Notes: generated from the sequence alone by a model not told the origin. 64,000 bases of DNA from Eledone cirrhosa (GCA_964016885.1 OZ024742.1:184140001-184204000); one strand, 5' to 3'; positions 1-11,250 are shown, counted from the first letter of the stretch. Numbers and translations: made by a program.

Positions 1-73
1 TATTTTTTCTTCTTCCTCTTCTTCACCTTTGTCTGCTTCCATCATAACTTGAACAATATTTGCCTTAACCTCT
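1..73 (-). mobile_element. Fragment of hATm-like transposase (second copy of the 2342-4018 family), cut by a CT-rich repeat
   Basis: Nearly identical to ~2470-2535. The minus strand reads EVKANIVQVMMEADK, in frame where the other copy has a short deletion. Confidence 0.75.
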
Positions 74-620
74 CCTTGCTCTCCCTTTTTCATTGCTCTC
101 TTTTATCTTTGCTCTCCTTGCTCTCCTTTTCTCATTGTTCTCCTTGCTCTCCTTTTCTCCCTGCTCTCTTTTTATCCTTGTTCTCCTTGCTCTCCTTTTC
201 TCGTCGCTCTCCTTGCTCCCCTTTCTCCCCTTGCTCTCCTTGCTCTCCTTGCCCTCATTTTCTAATTGCTCTCCTTTTTCTCATTGCTCTCCTTGCTCTC
301 CTTTTCTCCTTCTCCTTTTCTCCTTGCTATCCTTTTCTCATTGTTCTACTTGCTCTCCTTTTCTCCTTCCTCTCCTTGTTCTCCTTGTTCTCCTTTTCTC
401 CTTCCTCTCCTTTTCTCATTGCTCTCCTTGCTCTCCTATTCTCCTTGCTCTTCTTGCTCGCCTTGCTCTCCTTTTCTCGTTGCTCTCATTGTTCTCCTTT
501 CACTCTTTTTCTCCTTCCTCTCCTTGCTCTCTTTTTATCCTTGCCCTCCTTTTCTCATTGCTCTACCTGCTCTCCTTTTCTCCTTTTCTCCTTTTCTCCT
601 TTTCTCCTTGCTCTCTCTTT
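74..620. repeat. Pyrimidine-rich degenerate tandem repeat (ctccttgct / ctccttttct units)
   Basis: Units are directly visible. The overlapping L/S/F/P ORFs are repeat translations. Confidence 0.95.
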
Positions 621-722
621 CTCGTATCTATATACTTGTTTAGATACAAATATAATGAGAAAAGGGAGCAAGGAGAAATATGAAAGCAAGGATAGTAAGG
701 AGAGTATATATATATACATATC

Positions 723-770
<48 letters not shown>

Positions 771-773
<3 letters not shown>

Positions 774-1270
774 CTTATTCCTTTAGCGTTCGACCGCCCC
801 CCTCCCCCCACACTTATCCCCCACTAACACCACTAACACACCCCTCCTTTTCACCGCCCACCCCACACTAACAATACTAACACCTCCACTCCACCCCTCA
901 TCTGACCACCCTTCCCCAACTAACATACTAACATCCCTTCCCTCCCCTCTTCTCCTCCTCCCCCTCCTTATCACATGCACACACGCACCCACTTACACCA
1001 CCCACCCCCACGCAACTAACATCACTAACACCCTCCAACCCCACGCACACGTACCCCCACACCCTCGTACACCACCAACTCTACACACCCTACCCCCACT
1101 AACCCCCACTCACACCTGCATTCCACCCCTCCCCACCTCCCGTATATTAACACCCACTAACACCTCTTCACCAAACTACACACACACCAGTACACCACAC
1201 TCCCTCCATAGAACCACACACACTCTTCTCTCCCCGCTCCACACTCACTCATCCCACTAACACCCCACTA

Positions 1271-1305
<35 letters not shown>

Positions 1306-2257
1306 CCTCACTCCAACTCTCACACCTACCCATCCTCGCCTCCCTACCATTCCGCCGACTGCTGCTATGCCCTTCCGACCACTGTCTCAGCACCAACTGA
1401 CCACAGCACTTCCACTGCTGACCACTTCCTGTTGCGCGCGCACCCCACATCTCTCCTCTTCCGACCACCGCTTCTTGGATTACCCACACGCGTTTTGACT
1501 TCTCACCAAAATCTCCATACATCCGTGTAACTTACCACTTTTCAACCACCCTCTTACACCACCACCTATATAACTCACCCACACACACACACTCCAAAAC
1601 AAATTTTTTTATCCACACGCCACCCACACCCACAACACGCTTAAACCACACACACGTGCTTCCCACCACATATTTACACCCTCAGCCCCCTGATTCCTCT
1701 CCCCCCACCCCCCTATCCACACACGCACAGACCCTCCGACCCACAAAAACACCCCCCACACACACCTTCCTGAACATGCAACCCCGTTCTTCCCCCAACC
1801 CTCACTTTCACATACACACACACACACACGCACACCTAACCACACACACCACCTTCAGCCCTCCCCACTCGGACACCCCGTCTCCCTCTCCCCACTCCAC
1901 CCGCCACCACCTCTACTCACCCCACACCCTTCCACCACCTGTTTACCCCCCTTTTAATTTCAGTTTATTTTGATCATGCCTTTATTTTTAAATTTTCTCA
2001 TTCCTTGTATTTTGATCATGCTTTATTTTTATTTATTATTTATTATATTTTTGTCTTTATTTGTCAATTTTTCATTCGCACCGTTTCCTTTCGCTATATG
2101 TCTCTCCACCACTCCCCTACACACCTTTTGAACTCTCACCTGAAGAAGGGCTTATGCCCGAAACGTCGTCCCCCACCTACCCCCCACTCTCCTGAGCGTG
2201 AATTTAATAAACATTTGTCGTACTGCCTCTCTGTTCTGTCCCTGTTCAATTTTTCAT
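771..2257 (+). mobile_element. Penelope-like / retrozyme-like segment with long C/A-rich low-complexity tract and 3' hammerhead motif, between (TA)n runs
   Basis: Flanked by (TA)n at 733-770 and 2258-2282. Hammerhead core at 2140-2167, then AATAAA at ~2205. The family assignment is inference. Confidence 0.45.
2138..2169 (+). ncRNA. Minimal hammerhead ribozyme motif
   Basis: CUGAAGA-A-GGGC[UUAU]GCCC-GAAA-C-GUC: both conserved core boxes, perfect 4-bp stem II, palindromic ACGU stem III and GUC cleavage triplet. Stem I is only ~2 bp locally. Confidence 0.65.
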
Positions 2258-2341
2258 TATATATATATATATATATATATATTACTCAATACCGAGTACT
2301 CATTCCTCTCAGTTGTCAACCACATACGGATATATGTATAT

Positions 2342-4018
2342 TAGGGTGGCCCTTAGCAATAGGTAATTTTCCGACAGTACCATTTTCCGATTTTTTACCA
2401 GGAGTTACAAAAGACGAAAACTCGATGTTTGTAAAAGTTATTTTGGTGCAGAATGTACCTCTTCAATTGATTTTTTTTCTTCTTCCTCTTCTTCACATTT
2501 GTCTGCTTCCAGCATAACTTGAGCAAGTAACCTCTGTTGGGACATTGTCATCAAATATGGATAGAGCCACAGTTTCGGGGGCTAAGTACCAGAGATAGTT
2601 GGAAATCTTTTTCGCAGCAGCCTTACTGATTTCTGAATCAATATCCTGATAATTTATCAGTTGACACGTCAATAGGAAATCATGATAAGGTGTTTTAATT
2701 ACTTCTGGTGACAGAAACCAGACTCAAATGTACACTTGAGCAAGAAAAATACATATTCTTCTTAAAGAGTTCTGAAATTGATCTTGAAATGGGTATATCT
2801 TGAATGCATAAATGCTTTTGATATCCACCTGGTGTACGAAGTGATATCCCGTTCTTTGGAATGCCTCCAGTTATGTAAACCTTCTTTTGAAAAACGCCAT
2901 GTCTGGACCAGAAGTTGCACCCATCAGTAAGTCGGAACAGCTCCTCAAAACTCGTCCATCATTTCCACAAAAAGTTCTCTTTTTTGTTTTTCCTTGCCTG
3001 CAGTTCTAGTCAATTTTTTCTGTAAACCTTTCCATTCATCATAGAGTTTGAGTACCTTATCAACGCAGTGATCAGTTCTTCTGGTAGGAATTCGTGCTTT
3101 TTTTCCAAAAGTTGGAAACTTCTTGAATCACTAACGCTGTACTTTCCTTCGTTGTAAGATTTACAACTCTTACATCGTAGAAAAAAGGCTTAAAACTTGC
3201 CGATTCGAGGGTAGTTTGGCTCTCACGATTTGATTGGAAATGGAGCCAACAAGAGTCATATGAAAATCTTTTCTTAACTTGTGTGATGAGCTACCTGAAG
3301 AAGATGATGCCATTTCACAGGTCTAGGAAGAACACGTCATATAAGCCACTTCACAGCTGCACAAACAGTTCTGAAAGAAAAAAGGAAGAATTAGTCATCA
3401 AAGGCATCATATTTGGTCACAAAATAAGTATACAAAACACATAACATTATAAAAACGGAGAGGTTATAAACATGGTTTTACAACTTTGTCGGGGCTACCA
3501 ACACAACAGGGGCAGATCTATATCATAATTGTTTCTACTTTAGGCACAAGGCCAGCAATTACCCAGTGCTTTTACTGGTACTTTATTTTATCGACCCCGT
3601 AAGGATGAAAGGCAAAGTCAACCTCGGCGGGATTTGAACTCAGATCGTAAAGGGACGTAACTATGCTGGAAAGCATGGCGTCCGACTCTCTACCGATACT
3701 GCCAATCCACCTTTTCGCAGATCTATATCATAATTGTTTCTACTTTAGGCACAAGGCCAGCAATTACCCAGTACATATCTATATCATAATGCCCGAACGA
3801 GTGCTTACAAGTTAATTAACTTATTACAAATAAATTAACTTATATTTACAAATAAATTAACTTATATTTACAAACGCAGACAAGTCATATTAGTTCACTG
3901 TTTATCACTAACGTATATTTCTTAATATTTTATTTCTCTACACTACCATTAGGTGCAGTATAATCCCAAGGGGGTGGGAGCTAAACTTTTAGAAAGTTGA
4001 AAAATAAGAGCTTCCCTA
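2342..4018 (-). mobile_element. hATm-like DNA transposon, internally deleted and degenerate
   Basis: TIRs TAGGGTGGCCCTTA / TAAGAGCTTCCCTA. 8-bp near-TSD atgtatat/atgtgtat. Minus-strand transposase remnants MASSSS...KARIPTRRTDHCVDKVLKLYDEWKGLQK and NYLWYLAPETVALSIFDD. Confidence 0.8.
3530..3776 (-). mobile_element. tRNA-derived SINE (full, 3530-3716) plus 5'-truncated copy (3735-3776) at the same target
   Basis: B-box GAGTTCAAATCC, central gcctttcatccttacggggtcgataaaataaagtaccag domain. Target (gcag)atctatatcataat occurs three times. Confidence 0.9.
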
Positions 4019-6487
4019 ATGTGTATATGCTTTGTATCTGTACAAGTGTATATGCAGTTATTACATATTGAGGTTTTGGAATGTTTTACATATTTTTACT
4101 GTTCCATTCATGGATTGTACTTGTAATTTCCTATCTAGTAGTGTTCTTTCTGGTTCTGTGAAGCCCAGGTTTTCAAGATTTGTATTGAGGCAGTTACTAA
4201 CATATCCCAGTGCCCCAGTAATCACAGGTATCAATCTGAAGGTATAGTCAGGGTGGAGTATCTGCAGATTTCCCATTAGTTCTGCATATATATTCTCCTT
4301 TTCGCTAATCCCACTACTGTGCATGTCTTCTTTTCCCTGTCCCATATCATTATATCTAGTCTGTTATACCTGCCTTTTATTTGGGGTTTTTACTGGAACA
4401 TTCCACCAGTACACTTTAATATTATGTATATGTATGTCTTCCATATTGCTGTAGCTTTTAATGTGTTTATTGTCGGGGCTATCTTTTCTACGGATTGCAT
4501 TGTACAGTGTTTTGGCCACTACATCATGCCTCATAGGTAGATAGTACCGCGATGACATCTTTGGACAGCTGCTTATGACATGGGTGACATCTTCGATGTT
4601 AATTCTGCTGAATCTGCACATGTTGTCAGATCTAGGTATTATGCCTGCATTCCTATCTCTTTTATGAATCAGGTATTTCGTGTTAATCTCCTGTTTTGGG
4701 ATTGCAAAAGCGTATCCTTCAAAGTGAGAGCCAATATAGCGGTTGCTGATCCAAGATAGACTACTTTGCTTATCTATATTACTCTCACTCTGGAGCTTCC
4801 TGGCAACATATCCATGCATGATCTTTTGCTGATTCACTGCGGTACTGCTGGGCAATTTCCCTGGGTGTGAGTTTTTGATTATCTTGCAGGGAATATCTTT
4901 CAAGTAGTTCCTTCCCAACTCTCATAATTGTGTCTGTCTCATGCAGATAGACTTGCTCGATAGAAGGGCTCCTACGCTTGGATGTTCGTAAATGTTGTCG
5001 GAGGGACATGATGCGACACTCAAATGCTGTCTGGACTGCTGTTAGGTCTCTGCCTCCCTGCTAACGTTTCAAGTAGAGGCGGTCTATATCACTGTGGAAG
5101 TTTCCGATGTTGTTTACAATTTTTCGAGTTTTAACATCAATTGCTCGGATGTCGTCTATCGTTCAATCGAGTGTTCCAAACGTTGTTGTTAGGACAGGCA
5201 CAGTAAACACATTGTGAGCCACTGTTTTATTGTGCGCAACTAGTTCCGATGACCATATTTTTTTTAATTGGCTGTAATATTCCCTGGTTACGCGTTCCTT
5301 ATTACAAATACCATTATAGGATATATTCTCATCTTTCCCCAGATATCTGTAGCAGTCCTCGTCAAATATCGACGAAACGGTTAGGCCATTGATAAAAATG
5401 TTGCTAGATTGGGTTGTAGTTTTTCCCCGCTTCACAGTCATATTTGGCCAAACTCAGTTCCTATATCCTTTGAGAATGTTATAACCGGAAGATTTTTCTT
5501 CATCCTATTTATGTTCTTGGCATAGAGTTTCAGGTCATCCACAAAGAAATTATGGATGAAGTTCGTATTTCTGTCCTCCTGTGAGCCAATGATGTATATT
5601 TCACATTTCTTGAGCAGAAAGGACAAGGAGTTTAATGACAAGATAAATAGTAGCACACAGAGACTGTCTCCTTGAAATATACCCCTGTGATATTCTATTT
5701 TATCAGTGAAAATAGAGTCCTCCTCTGTTTTTAACTTTAGGATAGTAGCCCAAGAAGAAGACAGCTTCTCTATGGCTCTGATAATAATGTCTGGAATTTA
5801 ACAAGTCGGAGGGCCTCTATCATCCGAAAGTAGGGAACAGAATCAAAAGCTTTCCTGTAGTCCAGCCAGACTGTAGCCATATTCCTCCTAAGTTGTTGTA
5901 CCACCGACATCGCAGTTTTGTTGGTTAGGAGTTGTTCAGCACACCTACAAACACCTTTCTTTCCAGTTGCTTGTTCATCTGTGATGATGTTATTATTTTC
6001 ACAGTGATCTTGGAGAAATAGGTTCAGGCAGGCTGTATATATCTTATACATCAGGTTCTGGCATGCAATGGGTCGGTAGTTCTTTGCCAAGTGGGTATCT
6101 TTGTTCTTTGGAACCAGTAATGTTTGTGCTAATGTTAACCATTCTGGTAGATGTGTATCTCCCTTGAGAGCTTGTTGGTAGAGGTCGATAAGATACATCC
6201 GATAGAATATCAGTTTTTTGTACCAGTAGCCGACAATCAAATGTCTTCCTGGTGTTTTCTTATCTTGGAGTTTTCCTATCACAGTCTCAAGGGTATCCTC
6301 ATTTATTTCGTATCATTTTGTTGTAGTGTAGGAGCAATAGTTCTTTTGGATTTCTTTTAGCCACACTGCATCTTGGTTGAAATTCTTCTTTTCACCCCAT
6401 ATTTTTCTCCAGAGGGAAGCTATGTCTTTCTGGGATGGGGCCTCAGTGATATCTATTACTTTGTCCTTCATATCTCTATAGAGATAT
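4019..6487 (-). mobile_element. Dong/R4-clade non-LTR retrotransposon, family C, 5'-truncated pseudogenised copy (RT, zinc knuckle, RLE)
   Basis: NYRPIACQNLMYK, WLDYRKAFDSV, GIFQGDSL, FFVDDLKLY, HVISSC, MRHDVVAK, GTVKICKTF. Many frameshifts. Confidence 0.9.
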
Positions 6488-6635
6488 CATGATGTTATTA
6501 TTTTCACAGTGATCTTGAATAAAAAGGTTTAGGCAGGATCTATACATCTTATACATCAGGTTTTGGCATGCAATGGGTCGGTAGCTTTTTGCCAAGTGGG
6601 TGCCTTTGTTCTTAGGGACCAGTATTGTTTGTGCT
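6488..6635 (-). mobile_element. Extra RT-region fragment of a Dong-C sister copy fused to the 5' end of the 4019-6487 copy
   Basis: Homologous but not identical to ~5983-6130 (AQTILVPKNKGTHLAKSYRPIACQNLMYK). Abuts (TATG)n. Confidence 0.8.
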
Positions 6636-6648
6636 GTATGTGTGTGTG

Positions 6649-6680
<32 letters not shown>

Positions 6681-6685
6681 TGTAT

Positions 6686-7090
6686 TATGCCAAAGGGCAG
6701 CGGAACTCAGGAGAGTCAACGGCCATCCAATAATGTTTTTTTTTATTTTTGGGGTGAGAGATTCCTCGTCTTCATTCAGGCATCTCTCTATGAGAAGGTC
6801 ACTCATATAAATCTTGCGACTTCGTTTGCATCTAATAATGTAGACCAGTTCTTTTGGGGCAAATGCATTCGATGTTCAGAGAGTGGGAGTAGCCCCGTAC
6901 AAAGCCTTTGCTCACTTAAAAAAATCTTCAAGCACAGGCATCGCTTGATATGTGACATTTATTGCGATGCATGGCATTGCTGGCCATAGGCAAGTCGCTA
7001 ACAGGACTAAAAAGCCACATCCGTGATACTCATGCTTAAGTATCAAGCGATGGCATTACACGAAATCGAGTTGCAACCATCATCATCATG
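6686..7090 (+). mobile_element. Diverged sister family of the 610-bp non-coding (TATG)n-associated retroposon, 5'-truncated, with (CAT)n tail
   Basis: Shares ordered blocks with 7184-7790: gagtcaaYggccatcca, gagaagg, gagagtggga, gcctttgctcact, gcacaggcat, ggactaaaa, cgagttg. Flanked by (TATG)n. Confidence 0.7.
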
Positions 7091-7093
7091 TAC

Positions 7094-7124
<31 letters not shown>

Positions 7125-7183
7125 TGTATGTATGTATGTATGTATGTATGTATGTATGTATGTACGTATGTACATGTGTATGT

Positions 7184-7790
7184 CAGGTCACCACTTGGTG
7201 CTACTGGTAACATGTATCCCAGTACAACCTGTCTCATGGTCGGGTCGTTGGCGACTAAACTGGCAACCCCACTAAGGTTTCTTGGTGAGGAGGGTGACTT
7301 TGGACATCCTGCAGGACTAAAAACAAAACCTGTCAAAGGGCAAAGGAGCTCTTAAGAGTCAATGGCCATCCAAAATCACCGGGAGAGATGACCCCTTAGC
7401 CTTTGTCAAGGCAGAATTCTAGGAGAAGGAAAACTCTGATATAACACCTGCAACCCTGATGGTATCCAATGATGTTGACTTGTTCTTCTTTTTGGTAAAT
7501 ATCATCTTGGTTAAGAGAGTGGGACTGGCTTTGTGCAGTGCCTTTGCTCACTATAAAAGCTTCACGGCACAGGCATTGCTTTGTATCTGGAGATCTCTCT
7601 GCACTTGTCATTACATGGTACCATGGGCCCAGCACTATGTGTCAATAATTGTCACAAGTGTAGTGTTTGTACCAGAGTTTTCAAGTTGCTGGCTGGACTA
7701 AAAAGTCACACTCGTTCAGCGTATCGGTAGGGGTTCTCCTACATGGTTATAAAGTAGTGGCCGTACTCGAAAACGAGTTGGCAGCCACCA
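7184..7790 (+). mobile_element. ~607-bp non-autonomous retroposon ('element B'), full length, in (TATG)n
   Basis: 13-bp TSD tacatgtgtatgt (7171-7183, 7791-7803). Three further near-identical copies. Contains ctaggagaaggaaaactctga, a motif I recall from RTE-type 5' UTRs. 3' terminal hairpin. Confidence 0.85.
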
Positions 7791-8099
7791 TACATGTGTA
7801 TGTATGTGTGCGTGTGTGCGTTTAATTTTCTCTGTAATTTCCTTGGTGTTTAAGTGTTTACTATTTAATACTAATGATGTGTACTTTTCTTCAAAATTCT
7901 GTTCTTTGATATTGTATGTATGTATAGGCCCATAACACCTGCTGAAGTCGTAGAGGCGCCGTCATGACATACGGCGTGTCTTGGATACTTTTAACTTGGC
8001 GGAACCCATCTTCTCTCCAGGTCGGAACACAGCCGATTTCTTCCAGGGGATGAGAGAGAGTGTGAAAGGGAGGAAGTAAGATGTAGATATAGAGGAAGA

Positions 8100-8225
8100 A
8101 TCGAGTCCTGTACTGGACTGGTACTTTTTTTATCGATCTAGAAAGGATAAAAAGCAAAGTTGAGACCCGGAATGAATTCCGCAAAGTATTCTATCTGATA
8201 TTCAAAGGACTCTGCCAATACACCA
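8100..8225 (-). mobile_element. Diverged tRNA-SINE
   Basis: ctggtacttt...tcga...ggataaaaagcaaagt...gccaatacacc aligns with the other SINE copies. Confidence 0.6.
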
Positions 8226-9224
8226 CACATTTCTTTGTATACAGCGAGATTAAGATTTGAACCGCAAAGAAATATCGCAAACCATCTCGTATGCGATACC
8301 TTGAGCTATTTCTTCCAGCTCTTTATAAGTGTCTTCGCTGATTCATTAACGATAAGCTAAAGACAGAAGTCCAGGCCACTAGAAATAAGACTTATGCCAT
8401 ATTTAACCAGAAAAACTAACAAGTACAGAATGTTGGTAAGTTTCAATGAGGTGAGACAAAGATAACTGAACAACGTTAAAGCAGAATATATTTGACAATA
8501 AGAAACCTAGGGCCCATGGTGACAGTCAAGAAAGAAAAAATCAGATAACGTTATTCTAGGATTTGTGGCAAATTAAAACATTAGCTTTCTAAATTTCTAC
8601 CTAAGCATGCGCAGTGAATTTAAGTTGAAGATAATTGGAACATATCGTTCATCATTTTTAATGTAATACCATATCTACTAAAAATAACTATATGCTAATT
8701 ATGCAGCTTCATGCAACTCAGACATTTAAATTCTGGTGTAATTGCCTCGGGGAGATTTAAAATAGTTGTTGAAATATCTTAAGAAATTATAAAACGTTAA
8801 TAGAAAATCGTTTTGAAGCAATTCTTTTTATTATTATCAAATGGCTACATCTTACACACGATTTAGTTAAATAAAATCCAACTATGAAACCTATATTTCA
8901 GCAAAATTTTGCTTTCTTTGAGAATTGAATGAATGAATTGAATGAAGTCAATTTTTTATACTTGTTTAGCTATGGTTTTATTATGTCAATTATATTTTAC
9001 AATCAGAAGTTATATAACAGTGGAAACATTAAAAAAAAGACAAAAACAAAATTGAATAATGAAAAAACAAGGAGGAAATGGTAAAGAAGGGCAGATCTGG
9101 CTGTATAGGAATGTAGAGGAAAGGACTATAAATGCTATAAATGTGAAGAAAAGGAGGAAAAGAGCAAAGTTAGGCAGAAGGAAAAAGAGAGGGACGGGGA
9201 GAGGGTGACAGACTCTGTGTCTAG

Positions 9225-9700
9225 GTCGGGGTGGTGCTTCGGCTGCACACTGCAAAGGTATTTTTGCGAACGATGGCCAGCGACACCCGCTGCAACAGCC
9301 ACCCCCACCACTCGGGGCTCCTTCCTCAGATGGGCTGCTGACATTCCGGTTTTACGGAAGAGCTCGGCTGTACGGTGTACGAAGAGACCTGGGGTCTCGA
9401 CGGTGACTGGTGCAAAGAGGAAACGGCCGGACAAGCTCCGGTATTTGCTTGTATCCTGTCCTCTGCATTGCGGGTCGCGGCCCCGAGGTTTGTGGCCGAA
9501 TCGACTATGCTAGATGCAGAGAACGTGTCATAACATGTTGCGTCCCAGATGAGGGATTTACCTCTTTGAATAGATCTGGGCGCTTGCTGTCACCACGGTC
9601 GAGGCCTCCAGTTGTAATGAGAAGCTGGCTGAATCCAGGCTCCTTCTCAATATGTCATTGAGATGGTGTTGGTCCAAGCCAGACACGATCCACCTGAAGA
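9225..9700 (-). mobile_element. CRE-clade non-LTR retrotransposon remnant (restriction-like endonuclease domain)
   Basis: Frameshifted translation HHLNDILRRSL...LE/GLDRGDSKRPD/GKSLIWDATCYDTF...KYRSL...FAPVTVETPG...LQRVSLAIVRKN matches the CRE RLE pattern. Confidence 0.8.
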
Positions 9701-10602
9701 AAAATCTGCACTTGATGTCGTTGCAGTTACTTTGGACAATTGTATACTGGGTAACAGAGAGGCCTTCACCAGTCCAATTGGCCAGCGTCTGCTACAGTTC
9801 TAGGGTCACACCTATGACCTTACTATCATGAGTCCAACACCCTAACTACCAGGTCGTATGTCTTTGTGTAGTGTAAAAGTAGTACAGTCCAATAATTTGA
9901 ATATTTCCAATGTGTCCCTACGTCATCCTTTCATGTTGCATCGTATTCCAATATATCCGTAATCCGTCCAGCCTATCACTTTAGTACATTAGAACGTCCC
10001 CAGAACACATCCCTGTATGTGATATATATCTCTTTACACAAATAGATCTTATCACACCGGCAGACATTAGAGAAAACGTTTCATCTTTATTCAAGAAATT
10101 TCCTCTCCTCTTGGCATCAGTGAACAATTTTCATTTTCTTTATTCTTTCTCCTTAGATAACCTCCTCTCCATCTCAGTCGCTTAACACCTGTGAAATCGG
10201 TATAATTTCAGGACTTCGTCCAAGATGTGGAAGCATGGAGAGACGGTCGTAAAACGACCAATTTAACTCTTAACAAAACTGGGTTTTTTTTTTTATTGTG
10301 GTCGAATTTACAGTTCTAGACAGATAGATTCCTTCTCCAGCAGTCTGGCTTCTCGTTTGGATGTAATTGGTATAAAAACAACGATCATGAACATTCTCAA
10401 ACACCAATTTAAATACGTTTATGACGTCTCGTAGTCTATTGTAAGCGGAAATAAAGATTAGACAATCACTGCTTACCTCAGACTTTAGTGTCTTTACGTC
10501 TATGTATTAAGATTGTTTGATGTTGTCCCCTCGTAAGACCTTCCACTGGTGGCACCACAGTAAATTAGAAAGGTTGTCTGCATCATGATATTTTTGTCGT
10601 AG

Positions 10603-10960
10603 GTGTTGCGGTTGGTGGTAGTGGTGGTGGTGGTGGCGGCGGCGGCGGCGGCGGTGGTGGTGGTGGCGGCGGCGGCAGCGACAGTTGTCGTTTCTGTTAT
10701 TGCTATTTTAGTTGTTTATGGTGGTGGAGGTGGTGTCGTTTCTTTTGTTGCTATTTTTGTTGTTTATGGTGGTGGTGGTGGTGGTGGTGGTGGTGGTGGT
10801 GGTGGTGTCGTTTCTGGTGTTGCTATTTTAGTTGTTTATGGTGGTGGTGGTGATGTCGTTTCTGGTGTTGCTATTTTAGTTGTTTATGGTGGTGGTGGTG
10901 GTGGTGTCGTTTCTGTTGTTGCTATTTTTATCTTGTTTCTTGTCGTTGCTGTTGGTGGTA
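10603..10960. repeat. (GGT/GGC)n-based compound minisatellite
   Basis: Unit ggtggt...gtcgtttctggtgttgctattttagttgtttat recurs about five times. Confidence 0.9.
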
Positions 10961-11171
10961 ACTTTATAGTTATTTTCATCTCAATATTGCTGCTGCTGCT
11001 GTTTTAAATGATGAGGGCTATGAAGATCGGAATAATAGAGGAGGAGGCAGAAGAGGAGAAACGGTGAAGAGGATGTCAACGATTTTGTATTTTGCTGAAC
11101 TTGTTTATATTGATTTTATTGCAAATTTTTTTCACCTTTACCATTTTATTTTGTTTTGTTTTTGTTTCCAG

Positions 11172-11173
<2 letters not shown>

Positions 11174-11247
<74 letters not shown>
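11174..11247. repeat. (CT)n microsatellite
   Basis: Directly visible. Confidence 0.98.

Positions 11248-11250
<3 letters not shown>

Noticed and set aside
49-786. Overlapping 125-245-aa L/S/F/P-rich ORFs
   Set aside because: Translations of a pyrimidine tandem repeat that cannot form stop codons.
7396-7701. 79-80-aa ORFs recurring in every element B copy
   Set aside because: Recurrence reflects recent copy number. Both strands are open, starts are often non-ATG and there is no domain similarity.
7891-8184. GC-richer island with a 97-aa minus-strand ORF (possible exon)
   Set aside because: No convincing acceptor/donor pair or recognisable motif, and the ORF start lies in a SINE.
10157-10199. 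Possible plus-strand exon after ttctttctccttag, plus another strong acceptor at ~11172
   Set aside because: Weak donor, no recognisable peptide, and the second site leads into (CT)n. Cannot be supported without RNA data.
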